A stretch of 64,000 nucleotides of DNA from Octopus sinensis (Eukaryota). The position numbers and the translations under genes were made by a program. Location of the stretch: positions 21,637,360-21,701,359 of the forward strand of contig NC_043019.1 in NCBI RefSeq assembly GCF_006345805.1, given 5' to 3'. Shown one piece after another: positions 1 to 14,664 of this stretch (position 1 is its first letter; every line of letters begins with the position of its first letter). The notes beneath the pieces are model-generated. The model was not told where the DNA came from. It saw only the letters and a list, made by a program, of their open reading frames with translations, and searched no databases.

Positions 1-239
1 TGCTTAAAGTTCCACGATAAAAAACTTAAGAACTGTAGTTTAACTACTTTAAATTTACTTTAGGTTTTGTAGTAGACAGTATTGTGCATACATATTTATC
101 AATATTATATTATATCATATAATATATGGTGCTCCAGCATGGCTGCAGTCAAATGACTGAAACAAGTAAAAGAATAAAGGGGCTAAGATATCTTGTACCT
201 CGCTGTACTTGATAAGACCCATCTACCATAGCAGAATTG

Positions 240-566
240 ACACCAGTGCTGGAGCCACATAAAAAGCACTAGTGATGGTGCCACATAAAAGGCACTAGTA
301 ATGGTGCCACATAAAAAGCACTAGTGATGGTGCCACATAAAAAGCACTAGTAATGGTGCCACATGAAAAGCACTAGTAATGATGCCACATGAAAAGCACT
401 AGTAATGGTGTCATGTAAAAAGTACTGGTGCTACATAAAAAGCACCCAACACACTCATAAAGTGGTTGGCAATAGAAAGGGCAGCTGGCTGTAGAACAGA
501 CAATGGAGCCTAGGGTGGCCCCTGGGCTTACCAGCTCCTGTTGAACCATTGAGCCCATACTAGATG
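240..566 (+). mobile_element. SINE-like element with RTE-type tail and internal 26-bp tandem expansion
   Basis: About 7 copies of GGTGCCACATAAAAAGCACTAGT(A/G)AT followed by a decayed GTGGTTGGC..AGGAAGGGCATCCAGCTGTAGAA module. Confidence 0.7.
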
Positions 567-1014
567 ATATATATATCGAGAGAGAGAGCTATACACACTT
601 GTTTAAGTGGAAATATTTTGCAGCTGATGGCTGACTCCATCCAGCTTCTACATGCTCATCCAGGCATACAAATATGAAATATGGAAGGTAAGTAATGACA
701 AAGTGAATCAACACAACACTTATACAAACAGATTTGGATATGGTTGTCTGATTTACAACCATGTGGTTCCAGACACACTTCCACTGCATATCAGCTTACC
801 AGGTGTCTTCTATTACAGAATCAGGCTCATCTTATGAGTGTGTAATTTTGTTGCTGAGTTTTGATGTGTGCATATGTGCATGAACAGGTGTGAGTGTATG
901 TCTCTCTTTGTGTGAGTCTGAGTGAGTATGTATGCATGCATTATAGGTGCAAGCACAGAAGTGTGCTTTACAAAGATTGTCAGGCAATCATGTTTCAGGT
1001 TTAGTCCCACCTCA

Positions 1015-1170
1015 TATGTGGCTGTGTGGTAAGAAGCTTGCTTCCCAATCACATGGTTCCAGGTTCAGTCCCACTGTGTGGAACATTGGACAAGTGTGTT
1101 CTGCTATAGCCTTGAGCCAATCAAAGCCTTATGAGTGGATTTGTTAGATGGAAACTGAAAGAAGCTGATT
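1015..1170 (+). mobile_element. tRNA-derived CORE-like SINE, 5' half
   Basis: GTGGCTGTGTGGTAAG (A box), GGTTCAGTCCC (B box), TGGACAAGTGT; matches the copy at 14129. Confidence 0.8.
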
Positions 1171-1729
1171 GTGCATAAAGATTCGTGTGTCTGTGGGGTA
1201 GGTGTTCATATCTCCTTGTGTTGATATTGTACACTATTTGCAAACAAATATGACCACCAAGCAAACAGTACCATTTGTTTGGAATCTTCTATGAAAACAT
1301 GTCCAGCCATTGTGCTGTTCATGTTCAAAGCTCCTGGGAAAATATTGCCTTGATTGGAAACAGAGAGAGCATTTGGCCATAAAGCTAAAATCTGCCACAA
1401 TGTATTTCATCTGACCCATGCAAGCATGGAAAAGTGGACTTTAAACTGATAATGATATATATATATGTATGTGCATATATAAATGTGTATATAAACTTAT
1501 ACATTATATACGTACACATGCCCACATTTCACACACACACACATACAAGTACATACAGGCAAATTTTTTGTACATTGGCACAATATGACATACAAGCCTT
1601 AATACATTCCTGTTATATCATAAATGTGTGTGTATGCATGCATTGATGTACAAATGTTATATAATACTTCATTTATAGTCATATACTACTGTATAGATTA
1701 CAGATGCATTTCTATGCATGTACATATCT

Positions 1730-1744
1730 GTGTGTGTGTTTGTG

Positions 1745-1779
<35 letters not shown>

Positions 1780-1784
1780 GTATA

Positions 1785-1839
<55 letters not shown>

Positions 1840-1985
1840 ATATATATATATATGTATGTATGTGTAATATATATATATATAATATATATATATATGTATG
1901 TATGTGTATATATATATTATATATATATATATATGTATATATATGTATGCATGTGTGTATAAATATATATATATACACACACATA
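1730..1985. repeat. (TA)n/(TATG)n microsatellite
   Basis: Directly visible. Confidence 0.95.
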
Positions 1986-2629
1986 TGGTATCTGTATATA
2001 TGCATAAGTTATAAATCCAATACTATATATAAAAGTGTGTGTGTATATCAATGCATTCATACATCCATGCATTGATAGACGCCCACATTAGATAGAGATA
2101 TAACAAGGGGGTTTTACTCTCCACTCCTTAACCTTAATCAAAGGAGAAATGGGGAGAAAAAAAATACACACGCACACATACATGCATGCACACACACACA
2201 CACATGTATGTATGTATGTATGAATGGAAAAAAGTAAACAAAGTGATAAAAAAAAAAAATCTAATATGAATCTTTATTAAATCACACCCCTCAACATAAT
2301 AGTGATTATAACAATATAGTTAGCAGATATGAATAGTCACATGAAGATAAAAAAAAAACAAAAAAAAACCAACGTAAATAAATAAATAAATAAATAAATA
2401 AACAACCCAACCAACCTTTTATTTTTGTGTGAAAGAATTAAAGATAAGGTCATACTTTCCCATCACCCTGTAACTCTTCCATATTTAATGCTCTCCCTTC
2501 TCTATAACTCTCCCATGTAAGGCTCCCCACACTTGTAGCTTTTGGACCGTTTTCTTTTTTTTTTTTGAATGGGGGATGCAGTTACTTTCTGTGCATGTGT
2601 ATGCATATCATAGTCCTTTTCTCTCTTCA

Positions 2630-3450
<821 letters not shown>

Positions 3451-3714
3451 GAGTAGAAATACAATAATATTCAGTACTATCTTTTGATGTTCATCAAAGA
3501 AGGAGGGGAAAAAAAACTAAGTCTATAATAATAAGTAATGATTGTAGGTTTATACAGAAAGGTGCATTACTGAATACTGTGGAGTGGTCTGGGTTGAGAA
3601 GCTGAATGAAAGCAGAAATAGAGGGTGGATAAGAGGTTAAGATGAATAAATACATGCTCATGCATGAGGCACACATATATGAACACAAATGAGCAGATAT
3701 AATGTGTGTGTGAA

Positions 3715-3718
3715 TTAT

Positions 3719-3749
<31 letters not shown>

Positions 3750-3904
3750 ATATATATATATATATACACATATATATATACACACAAAAATTTTACATAT
3801 ATATATATACATACACATATATACATACATATACATACACATATATATACACACACATATATATATATAAACATATATACACATACAAATATATATACAC
3901 ATAC

Positions 3905-3938
<34 letters not shown>

Positions 3939-3975
3939 TAGATAGATATATATATACATACATACATACATACAC
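3715..3975. repeat. (TA)n/(CA)n microsatellite
   Basis: Directly visible. Confidence 0.95.
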
Positions 3976-4945
3976 AAGCACTTGTACCTGCTATTGCCCG
4001 GATACTGAATATGGATGTAGGGAAAAAAGAATTTATTTTGGTTAAACTTAAATGAATTAATTTATAGCAAGCTTTTATGGAGTTCCTTTTTCATGTAATT
4101 ATATTTGCATACATTTTCTATTTTAATGCAGGTACACCTCTAAAAGTCGAATTATTCTCAAGCCCCTATGATGTAAGCGGCTTTTGAGACGGGTGTTTAT
4201 TATTCATTTAAATTTTTGAGGACTTAAAAAGTACTATATAGTGTTTTGCGTTTGTTTGGTTTTTTTTTTTTTACTTTTTTATGTTTTCTTGTTATTCTAA
4301 ATTGATATGCAGCATATCAAACAGAAAAGTAGAGTATCTCTCCTGCTTCGTACACTACTTCATAAATACTCTTTCCTTCTACTTTCATTCCAACCCCACC
4401 ACCTCCCCAGCACCATTCAACTGTGTTCAATCAGGTTTATTGTTTTACACTTTCTTCGTCTCCCTTTCCTTTACAAAAGTATTCACACTCGATGGTACAT
4501 ACTAAAATCCAATTAAGCTGCCATATTTTTCAACACTTCTTCTTTCACCCTTTATTTCCTTTCTACCTTTCATTCTTCCTTTCTATCTCCATCTTTCCTC
4601 CAGATCTTTCCCATGCAATTCTTTTGTCTCGCAGTTTTCTTTGTCTATACTCTATATCTCTTTCTCTTCAGTTCTTTCCTTCTCTTGGTTCAACCAATGA
4701 GATTTTACTAAGTTTAGTTTGACTTTTCAGACCTTAGTCAAAAGTTATATTTATTTAGTAAAATACCGAAAGATTAACGTATATAACTTTATGGTTATAA
4801 CATATCTGTAAGTCTTAGTTTTGAAGATTGAGGAGATGTGAAAAAACACTATTGTACTCTTAAGTAAAAAGAAAATATTTGAGAATCTTATTACACATCT
4901 GTTTCAAGATAATTGTCCCTCCTCAGTGATGTACTACTACTATTC

Positions 4946-5090
4946 CAGTGTTCCACAACTGGTGTGCCATGGCACACTGGTGTACCATGGCACATTGGTG
5001 TACCATGAGATGATTTTCAGTTCAGGTGTGCTGCTGAATTTTGAAAAGAATATAAGTGTACAGCAAGTGAAAAAAGGTTGCAGAGCACTG
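4946..5090. mobile_element. hAT-type MITE
   Basis: TIRs CAGTGTTCCACAAC / GTTGCAGAGCACTG; 8-bp TSD TACTATTC / TACTATTA; internal 18-bp tandem TGGTGTACCATGGCACAC. Confidence 0.8.
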
Positions 5091-5377
5091 TACTATTATT
5101 CTTTGGCTTTGCAGATAACTTTGAATCTAAATCACAATATATAGTAGCAGCTTATCAGGATGTAACAGTAATGATCCTCATGATTTGCATATAATACATT
5201 AATTGGCCATATAGTAAATTAAATTATACACAGATAGATAATTAGTCTGTCGAAAAATATTTCGTGAAACTATCTACTACAGAAAAGCGGAAAATACGAG
5301 ACTTGGGCAAATATTTTCATCCACTTTTGTTATTTTTTAAGTTCCCCGATTTGTATTGTCCCTTCTTTGTTGGCCCC

Positions 5378-5558
5378 TTGTGGCCAAGAATTGTGCACCA
5401 AAATATTCTATATTTCATTTATATAACATTATTATTATTCATTTCGTTCATCATTTATAAGAGTATTCATAATTATTTTATGCCATTCAATTTAAGAAAC
5501 CTTGAAGCATGTCTTTAACAATTCCAGGGATTTTGTGCATGACTTTTGGCTCACTCTG
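5378..5558. mobile_element. Tc1/mariner-like MITE, decayed copy of the 26327 family
   Basis: Right end GACTTTTGGCTCACTCTG|TA; internal sequence aligns with both halves of 26327-26805. Confidence 0.6.
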
Positions 5559-6059
5559 TATATCATATATAATTCAAAAGCTCATTCTGAATACCAAATG
5601 TGTATAATGTAGATAAAGTCACAGTTACTTGAAAGCCTTAACTGTGGGGGACTGAGGTAAAATGCAAATGTGACTTTAGCTTAGGTAATATATTAACCTT
5701 GCCATTCATATTACTAGCCACCTGAACCACCCCAGGTAGTCTGAACCAGGACAACTATACAAGGGGACCCTAATATTGCACCATTTTTAGGAAGTAAAGA
5801 TTATTCCCTGCTCTTTTCAATAATTATATCCTTCTTAGATATATAATGAAATATATAAAAAGACACTCACAAAACTGCAAAGATATTACTGAACATAAAA
5901 ACAACAGAAAAGTTTTAAATTTTATATATAACTTAAATATTAAAGTGACTTCTGAATCACTTTGCATACATGTACACACACACACACAACACACACACAC
6001 ACACTGCTGCCAGCACTACCAATATTTCTGTGTCCACTTTGTTTATGTCCTGAAGCATG

Positions 6060-6225
6060 TTGGTTCCACATAAAAGGTACCCAGTACACCCTGTAAAGCA
6101 GCTGGAATTAGGAAGGGCATCAAGCTGTAGAAACCCTGCCAAAGTAGACAATTGGAACCTGGGTAGTTCCTGTCAAACCATCCAACCCATGCCAGCTTAG
6201 AAAGCAGATGCTAAAAGATGATGAC
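6060..6225 (+). mobile_element. SINE with RTE-type (GAT)n tail
   Basis: TTAGGAAGGGCATCAAGCTGTAGAAAC ... CCAACCCATGCCAGC ... GATGATGA. Further copies near 16865, 40920, 47825, 48211 (-) and 62885. Confidence 0.75.
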
Positions 6226-7162
6226 ACATATACACATATATACATAAAAAATATACATTATATATCCCCATGCAGTGCTTTTAGAAGTCAGTTTCATTAC
6301 TGTGTTTGTGTGTGTATGTGTAGAGGGAGAGAGAGAGAGAGAGACCCACACATATACACAGATATGCAAAATAAGTTAAAGATGCCAAATAAAAGTATTT
6401 CAAATTTTAGAAATGTAACTTTGAAGAGATTTCAAAAGGATATTCAAAACTAGAACTTGTTTAAAAGTATTTATATATATACATGTATGTGTGTGTGTGT
6501 TTATGTATGTATATATATACACATGCACATCTATCAGTTATGTAACATCAAATATACATTTAGACTTACGAAAGAGTACTTAATACATTAAATATATATA
6601 AATGTATCTATAATTTCAATACATTAAATATACACAGTAAACTAAAACTTCTATAGAGAAGATATGAGATATGCAAACGCACACATGTATATGTGCGTGT
6701 GTGTGTATATATATATATATGTAAACCATTAAATATAATATATATTATGAATAAAAACTTAAGGAGAATATTGGTGATCTGTCTCTGCAAGAATCTATTC
6801 AATAAAACATATATATTGTATCTCATTCTCTGATTTAGAAAGCTCAACAGAATAACGAAGATATATTTTCTCCTTACAACAAACTTATACATTTATTTAT
6901 TATTTCTTTTTCTTCTTCTTGGTATTACAGAATATTAATTCAAAACAGCTGTAGTAAGAGTAAACAACATGGAGGTAGGCTCTAAGGAAACCATATTTTC
7001 AACTTAGTTTTCATTCGTATCTCAACCAACCCATCTGAGATTGAGTTTGGTTCCATCATGTGGTGTTCCTCATTTTCAAGTGCTTATTCATGAGCCCACA
7101 GTAATTTTAAGTAAAACCCAAAACATTTTTCTCCAGTTTTGTTCCAAACAGGTTTATCTTTT

Positions 7163-7545
7163 AACTGTTTCACTCATTAGATTGTGGCCATGCTGGGGCA
7201 AAGTGTTGAAGGATTTTCAGTTAAATGCATCAACTCCAGTACTTCTTTTCTTAAAGTCTGGTACTTATTTTATCGGTCTCTTTTGTTCAGTCACCAAATT
7301 GTGAGGATGTAAACACACTAACATTGGTTATTGGCAAGGGATAAACACACATACACACACACACACATGTATATAAATATATACAATGAACTTCTTTCAG
7401 TTTCTGTCTACCAGATCCACTCACAAGGCTTTGGTTAACCTGAGGCTATAGAAAAGACCTGCCCAAGATGCCACACAATGGGACTGAACTGGGAACCATG
7501 TGGTTGGGAAGCAAACTTCTTACCACACAGCACACCTATACCTAT
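7163..7545 (-). mobile_element. CORE-like tRNA SINE, near full length
   Basis: Reverse complement of the 14129 family. Confidence 0.8.
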
Positions 7546-7749
7546 AATGAAAAGTAAATTATTTTATTTTGACTTGTCCAAATTCATGATTACTTCCAGA
7601 ATTAATTGAAACATGTTAGTAGTGTATTTCATTAAAAGTATGTCCACGAAATGGTTAAATAGTCCAAGTTCACAAATTGACAATATTTCGTCCAATGTGA
7701 TAATGATTCTGTCAGTTTGCCATGTTAATAATAATAATAATAATAATAA

Positions 7750-7957
7750 TCCTTTCTACTACAGACACAAAGCCTGAAATTTTGAGGGAAGGAGATAGTT
7801 GATTACATTGACTCCAGTGCTCTACTGGTACTTATTTTATCAACCCCAAAAGGGATGAAAGACCAAGTCAACCACAGCAGAACTTGAACTCAGAACGTAA
7901 TGACGGATAAAATGCTGCTAAGCATTTTGCCTGGCACTCTAACAATTCTGCCAGCTC
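7750..7957 (-). mobile_element. Meta-domain tRNA SINE, older subfamily with (TAA)n tail
   Basis: GAACTCAGAACGTAA, GATGAAAG, CTGCCAGCTC on the plus strand. Confidence 0.8.
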
Positions 7958-8190
7958 AATCTCAGAAATTCAGAAAAATTCACTGTTTCATTCTACTGCT
8001 CATATTATGGTGCGTGTGTGTGTGTGTGCATGCACGCGCACATGCACGCATGCATTCCTTTAGGTTTTTTACTTTTCAATAATTCAAGCTAGTTACTAAC
8101 AAAGTGGCAAGATTCTTTTGTTTAAATCAAGACAGTTTTTGGGAGTTTGTGGTTATCTAAATTGGCTAGTGTCTGCATTATATATATGTG

Positions 8191-8221
<31 letters not shown>

Positions 8222-9675
8222 TCAAATGAAATTATGGATGTGCACGTTGCTTTAGTACACAAGTGTGTGTGCTTCATTACTTTTTATATGTGCATATTCT
8301 GTGTACTATATATCTGCACGTATGTATATATATGCACACGTGCATGTTTATAAATACATTCATTTAAAAATAGCAACATCAATTTATGCTACAATGCATA
8401 CAATCAATGCTAAGTGCAAGGAACCAGCAACTGACATACTTCGACTGAGTGCACCATGCCCACCTCTGCAAAGGATCTACAGGCATATGAATCAAGGAAG
8501 GAACTTATGCATGGTTGCATGTCTTGCTGGAAATAGCAACCAAATCTCTCTAAAAACCACATTTTTCCATCTTAAAAAAAAGGAACGATGCACTCAACAA
8601 TGAACATTAATTTGTTTGAATCAATTGAACAATCAACTCTTTACATTAAAAGTGTTAGAGGTGTTCAACTAATGTAATTCCCAAGCCAAAATCAATTATG
8701 TCACACTGTGATTCAGAAGGTCAGTATGACTTTTGAACTACAGATACAATCCACCCAATGGGCTTCTTCACAGTTTCCATCAAACAAATTTCACTCACAA
8801 AGTTTGAGTGTCGCTGAGAGCTATGGTAAAAAAAAACATTTGACTAAGATACCACACAGTAGAATTGAACTCAGAACCTCAAGGTTGCTAAGTGATCTTT
8901 GTAACTATTTAGCCATGTTTGTATCCAATACATTGATGACATAGTTCTAAAGAGATTCTCCTGAAGATGATAAGGAACTGGGGTTAAACCACAGTGACAA
9001 CAACAACAAGCATACCGAAACAGATTGGACATTGTCAAGTTAAGGGTGTCACATTGCAACTTAAAACAATTAACTCTTTCATATCAGAGTATGTGGTGTT
9101 GTTGTAGGTGTGCTAAAGGAGATGGAGGAGGGTGAGAAGGGGAGGGAGATAAAGAGGGGTGAGATAGAGGGGAAGATGAAATGAGGAGAGGAGTAGGAGG
9201 TGGATGGCGGGAGGAGAAAAAATGAAAGAGTAGAAGGGAGAAGAGCAGGAGGATGAAAGAAAAGAAAAGGAGGAAGAGAAAGAAGAGGAGGAGAAGAAGA
9301 TAAGGAAGCATGGCCTGTCTTGACCGATGGATGCCTGGTTCCCACAATGAGATATATAAAGTCAACCATTTTGAACTTGGGACTACACAACACCAAGGTA
9401 CATCTAGAGGACCAGTTTCCTTTTTACTCTCTCAAATTGAAAATTACAATGTCAAGTAACAATGGCCTATAATTCTTACCAAGCAATTCACAAAGTTCCA
9501 AGGATACCACTAGGTTTTGTTGTTGCTTAACCCCAGGTCAGTATTGTTGGAGCAGACCTACGATCAAAGAAATTCCAACCATTCTGAGAGTAGTATGTCT
9601 AAGACAGGTATTCGCAAACTTTTTTTTTTGAAATGGGTCACTTTTGAGTTTATTACATTTGCCAATGGCCCAGAT

Positions 9676-9709
<34 letters not shown>

Positions 9710-9714
9710 CTTTT

Positions 9715-10047
9715 ATCTTTTGTTTCAATCAAACTAATTCACTCCAGTACTTAGTTTCTTTTTAAGCCTGGTACTTATTCCCCCAGTCTCTTTTGCTGAA
9801 CCACTAAGTTACATGAAGTAAACACACAAACACTGGTTGTCAAGCAGTGGTGGGCAAGCACAAAGACCCCACACACAGACACATGCATAAACAATGGGCT
9901 TCTTTTAGTTTATGTCTACCAAATTCATTCACAGGGCTTTGGTTGGCTCAATGACAATTGGCCAAGGTGTCACTCAGTGGGACTGAACTTGGGACCATAT
10001 TGTTGGGAAGCAGATCCCTTACCACACAGCACAGCCATGCCCATGCC
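9715..10047 (-). mobile_element. CORE-like tRNA SINE
   Basis: Reverse complement of the 14129 family, decayed. Similar copies at 12915-13225 and 55276-55650. Confidence 0.7.
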
Positions 10048-10062
10048 TATATATATGTATAT

Positions 10063-10280
10063 ATAACAATAATTTGAGGGAATATTATTCCTAACTTACA
10101 GGGAAAAATTCAATTTAGAAATACAAAATCAAATATAATATAATATATAATATAATACACCACCTTTTATCAATTATTATTTTTATCTTATATTTAATAT
10201 TTCTATTATATGTAATTTTCTAGATGGTGTAATTTAATTTTTCATTTTGAATTGATAAAAGGTGTTTTTTTCTAATTTAT
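10063..10280. mobile_element. Unclassified AT-rich repeat inserted in (TA)n
   Basis: ATAATTTGAGGGAATATTATTCC ... TTGATAAAAGGTG..TTTCTAATTT, also present at 22285-22445 and 23650-23810; always flanked by TA tracts. Confidence 0.7.
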
Positions 10281-10283
10281 ATA

Positions 10284-10314
<31 letters not shown>

Positions 10315-10844
10315 GAAAATATCCTCCAGGTAATCATCCACATCCATTTCCATCACTGACAATATTTATGTAAGCCCAAATTAAATAAACCTGGAAAATT
10401 CTTCAGGCCCACAGAGGTAATCCCAGTAGCCCACCAAATGCTAACTGCTTGTCCAATGAATTCTGTCTTTTATCAAAGCAATAAGGTTTGATGTGAAGGA
10501 GCTTTAGCTGCTATTTCTAGTAGGTCAACAACCACATAGAGGCTCCTGCATTGGTCTGATGGTGCCACAGGTTGATTTCCTACATTATTTGATTAAGTCA
10601 TAATTTAGAGAACAAAAAGAGAAAAAAAAAATCTAAGAAAATCTATTGGAAAGCAACTGTTGTATACAATTAATTATGATTCTTCTTATCAGAGAAGAAA
10701 AGAAGAGATGGAATCAATAGAGTTGTCCTTCCATATCTATGAATGCAATCATTAATTAACTAATCAGCTAAACTAATTGAAATAGCATGAAAAGCATGCC
10801 AGAATAACTTCAAGAAAGTATCACATCATCATCGTTGTTGTCAT

Positions 10845-11430
10845 CATCCACTTTTCCATGCTTGCATGGGTTGGACATGTCTTTTCCAAGACACAGCATC
10901 TTGCCATTTGTTGCACTCGTCTGTGAGGTTTGGTGCAGCCTGTGTCTGTTATGATGGTCCCAGTTGTCCTCTCATCAAAACAGCACCGTCAGTGGCTGGA
11001 CACCCTGGTGTGCAAAAGTTTCTTCCCTGCCAGCTGTACTTGTGGGCTATCCTAACACTGCTGAAGTTACAGTCCCCCCCCCACTTCGCTCCATTCATCA
11101 GTCTCCCTGTATAGGGTGTTCATTTTGACCCAAACCTGGAGAATATGGCAGGGAGCACATGTTGCCCAGGCAGTGCATTCCCTCTCTCCAACTCACTGAT
11201 GGATCCAAAGGAACAGCAGGGTCATTACAATTTGGTACCAACATTATCGCAAGAGTTGCCTAAACAAGGTTGTAAACAATGTTAAACAGTTTCAGAGGCT
11301 CCGACTCCTGATTTTTCCTCAAGGTTTACTCCTGAAACATTTCCATGGTTGCAAGGCAGTGGAAGCTGGGAATTAGGGCTTTCCTTACCCTAAATATGAT
11401 ACCCTACCACCACCACCAGGTTAACAAACT
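10845..11430 (-). mobile_element. RTE-type LINE remnant (5'UTR-like segment) with adjacent RTE-type tail
   Basis: GGATCCAAAGGAACAGCAG..TTTGGTACCAAC..TCGCAAGAGTTGCC and GGGCTTTCCTTACCCTA resemble RTE 5'UTR motifs; same motif at 20040 and 45290. Confidence 0.55.
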
Positions 11431-11718
11431 CCATCATTTGTGAAGCTTAACATCCTGAGATCAGCTGAAATTTTTGCATAGGGATTAGTTGATTATATCA
11501 GCCCCAGTACTTGACTGATACATTATTTCATCAACCTTGATAGGATGAAAGGCAAAGCTAACCTCTACTGCCCAAATGAGGCAATATTCTGAAATAGCAA
11601 TAATAATGATAATAATAAACTAAAAGTAATAATAATCTCTGCATTGAATTTTTGTAATAACTCGTAAATAATTCCAGTGATGGAAAGTACATCAAACTGA
11701 TGTGATGCTGTTGTTGAT

Positions 11719-11946
11719 GAGCTGGCAGAAACGTTTGCATGCCGGGCGAAATGCGTAGCCGTATTTCGTCTGTCGTTACGTTCTGAGTTCAAATTCCGCC
11801 GAGGTCGACTTTGCCTTTCATCCTTTCGGGGTTGATAAATTAAGTACCAGTTACGCACTGGGGTCGATGGAATTGACTTAATACCTATGTCTGTCCATGT
11901 TTGTCCCATCTATGTTTAGCCCCTTGTGGGTAATAAAGAAATAGGT
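11719..11946 (+). mobile_element. Young Meta-domain tRNA SINE, full length
   Basis: A box TGGCAGAAACGTT, B box GAGTTCAAATTCC, Meta-like GACTTTGCCTTTCATCCTTTCGGGGTTGATAAATTAAGTACCAG, tail CCCCTTGTGGG..AAAGAAATAGGT. Confidence 0.9.
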
Positions 11947-12349
11947 AATGACAACAATGATGAAGATAATAACAATGATGATTACTGTGATAGTGGTGAT
12001 GATGACAGTGACAATGATGATGTTGATGGAAGTGGGGATGACAACACTGACAGTGGTGGTGGTGGTGATAAGAGGGAGGGGTCTAAAACCTAAAACCTAA
12101 TTAAAATCAAAAATAAAAAAGACCATTACTGACTGTCAAAGTAAGCAAAGACAATTATCACAGCAATTCCAGGAAGCGAAGGGCTTTAACTCAGTAAAAA
12201 AAACATATAAAGTTGTTGTACTTGTTGTTGTTTAGCCCCAGGTTAACCCCGGACAAAGAGTCCCATAACCAAAAGCATTCCAACTATGACAACAACCTTG
12301 TGCTACTTTTCATTTCTAAGGCACAGGCTATATTTAGCACTACAGTGAA

Positions 12350-12665
12350 GGCACATGGCTTAGTGGTTAGGGCATTCGGCTCACAATCATAAGGTTGTGA
12401 GTTCGATTCCTGGCAATGCATTGTGTCCTTGAGCAAGACACTTTATTTCATGTTGCTCCAGTCCACTCAGCTGGCAAAAATTAGTTGTACCTGTATTTCA
12501 AAGGGCCGGCCTTATCACATTGTGTCATGCTGAATCTCCCTGAGAACTACATTAGGGGTACACGTGTCTGTGGATTGCTCAGTCACTTGCACATTAATTT
12601 CACGAGCAGGCTGTTCTGTTGATAGTATCAGCTGGGACCCTCGTCGTCATAACCAACGGAGTGCT
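12350..12665 (+). mobile_element. tRNA SINE (third family), full length
   Basis: A box TGGCTTAGTGG, B box GAGTTCGATTCC, GTGTCCTTGAGCAAGACACTT, CCAGTCCACTCAGCTG; second copy at 53277-53560. Confidence 0.85.
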
Positions 12666-14128
12666 CCTATCCAATGAGTGTTTCATTGTTTTTAAAACAG
12701 TAAGATATGATTTAAGTGAGATTTGACTGGTAGTCCAAGCATATCAAGATGCATGTGATCTGGCTACTTTTGACAGCAGATTGGCTGGCCACAAAGAGGC
12801 TTTGTTCATTTGTTAAGTTGGTGCTGTTTAACTAAAAGTTACACATGATTGGAGAGACTGATTAAAGCAGTCCAGTTACGACCATGCCATCGTTTCGTAT
12901 ATTCTTTCTTCTATGCTTTTACTGGTTTCAGTTGTTACTGGAGCAATAACATGAAGAGTCAGCAAGCTGACCTCAGTATTGTTTTAAGTCAGGTACTTAA
13001 TCTATCAGTCTCTTTCTTGATAAGTTATGGGGACATAAACATACCAACCCTGGTTGTGAAGCAGAAAGACAAACACAAAGAAGTACACACATACATTACA
13101 AGCTTCAGTACAGTTTTTAACAACAAATTTGCTCAGAAGGTCATAGTAGAAGATATTTGTCCAAGATGCCATGCAATGGGACTAAACCCCAAACCATTTA
13201 GTTTCCTAACTACACTGCCATGCCCATGTCTATGTCTCTAGGACTTCATTAACAAAAGAGTCATTCTCTTCTAACACTGGTAGGATGTTAGCTTGAGAGG
13301 AATCTAGGTTCTATTTCTAGCTTGCTGAGTGACCACACAGAGGCTTCATCTTTGACTTATAGTTTGTTGTTGTTGGTGGCGGTGGTTGTGGTGGCAATGA
13401 TAGATGATGTTTTCATTTTCATAGTTTATCAATAACATCTTGTCTGTTCCAGAGAGATGGTCATATGCAGAGAGGGGGAAGAAAGGAGGGAGGATGAAGA
13501 GAGAGAGAGAGAGAAGATGAGAAAATGGTCCTCAAGTGTCCACACTGGTGCCATCCTGACTCAATCAATAATTTACACATTAAGTGGGCTGTTTGTTTGC
13601 AGCAGGGTAGGTTTATTGTGTATGGTGTGGTATTAGGACCCTCATGGGATTCTCCAAAGATGACTTGTTACAACTCTGAGTTCTATTTTTATTAAGATGT
13701 TACTTTATATGGTAGTGTGATAAATGTGATAAAAACTTTCAGTCCCATTCATAATGTCCCTTCTGTGTTCTAAGAGCAAATTCTGGTGTGATTAACTTCA
13801 CTGGGATCAGTAAAATAAAGGGCAGTCAAGAAACAGGGTCAATTCTATTGAAGAAAACCTTTCCCATACAGATTTAGAGCCATGAAACAAAGAAACAGTT
13901 ATCATTAGAACATGCCTCACACTATTTGCTTCAGTTCTTTCTGTTCTGAGTTCAAATCCTGCTGAGGTCAAATTTGCCATTGGTCCTTTCAGAAATAAAA
14001 GTACTAGGGTCAATGTAGTCAACTTACCCCATCCCCTCAAAATTGCTGGTCTTGTACCAAAATTAGAAACAATAATAATAATCATTATTACTGTTGTTAT
14101 CAATAGTAATAATATTACTGTTGTTATA

Positions 14129-14524
14129 GGTGTAGGAGTGGCTGTGTGGTAAGTAGCTTGCTTACCATCAACATGGTTCCAGGTTCAGTCCCACTGCGTG
14201 GCACCTTGGGCAAGTGTCTACTACTATAGCCTCAGGCTGACCAAAGCTTTGTGAGTGGATTTGGTAGACGGAAACTCGAAGAAGCTCATCGTATATATGT
14301 ATATGTATATATGTGTGTGTTTGTATCAGTGTTTGTCCCCCCCAAAATCGCTTGACAACCAATGCTGGTGTGTTTATGTCCCCGTAACTTAGCGGTTCGG
14401 CAAAAAAAACTGATAGAATGAGTACCAGGCTTACAAAGAATAAGCCCTGGGGTCGATTTGCTTGACTACAGGCGGTGCTCCAGCATTGCCACAGTCAAAT
14501 GACTCAAACAAGTAAAAGAGTAAA

Positions 14525-14525
<1 letters not shown>
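14129..14525 (+). mobile_element. CORE-like tRNA SINE, full length
   Basis: A and B boxes, ACCTTGGGCAAGT, internal TA/TG microsatellite, tail CAAATGACT.AAACAAGTAAAAGAGTAAAA. Confidence 0.9.
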
Positions 14526-14559
<34 letters not shown>

Positions 14560-14664
14560 AATATCAAAAGACTAGTTCTTATTTCTACTAATTATTATAC
14601 CTTTGCTCTATATTGTCATATATTTTAAAAATCTGTTTTACATGTATTACATTTTTTCCTTATA

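Noticed and set aside
12350-12420. tRNA-like sequences at SINE heads
   Set aside because: A and B boxes are present but there is no intact cloverleaf, and they continue into SINE bodies.
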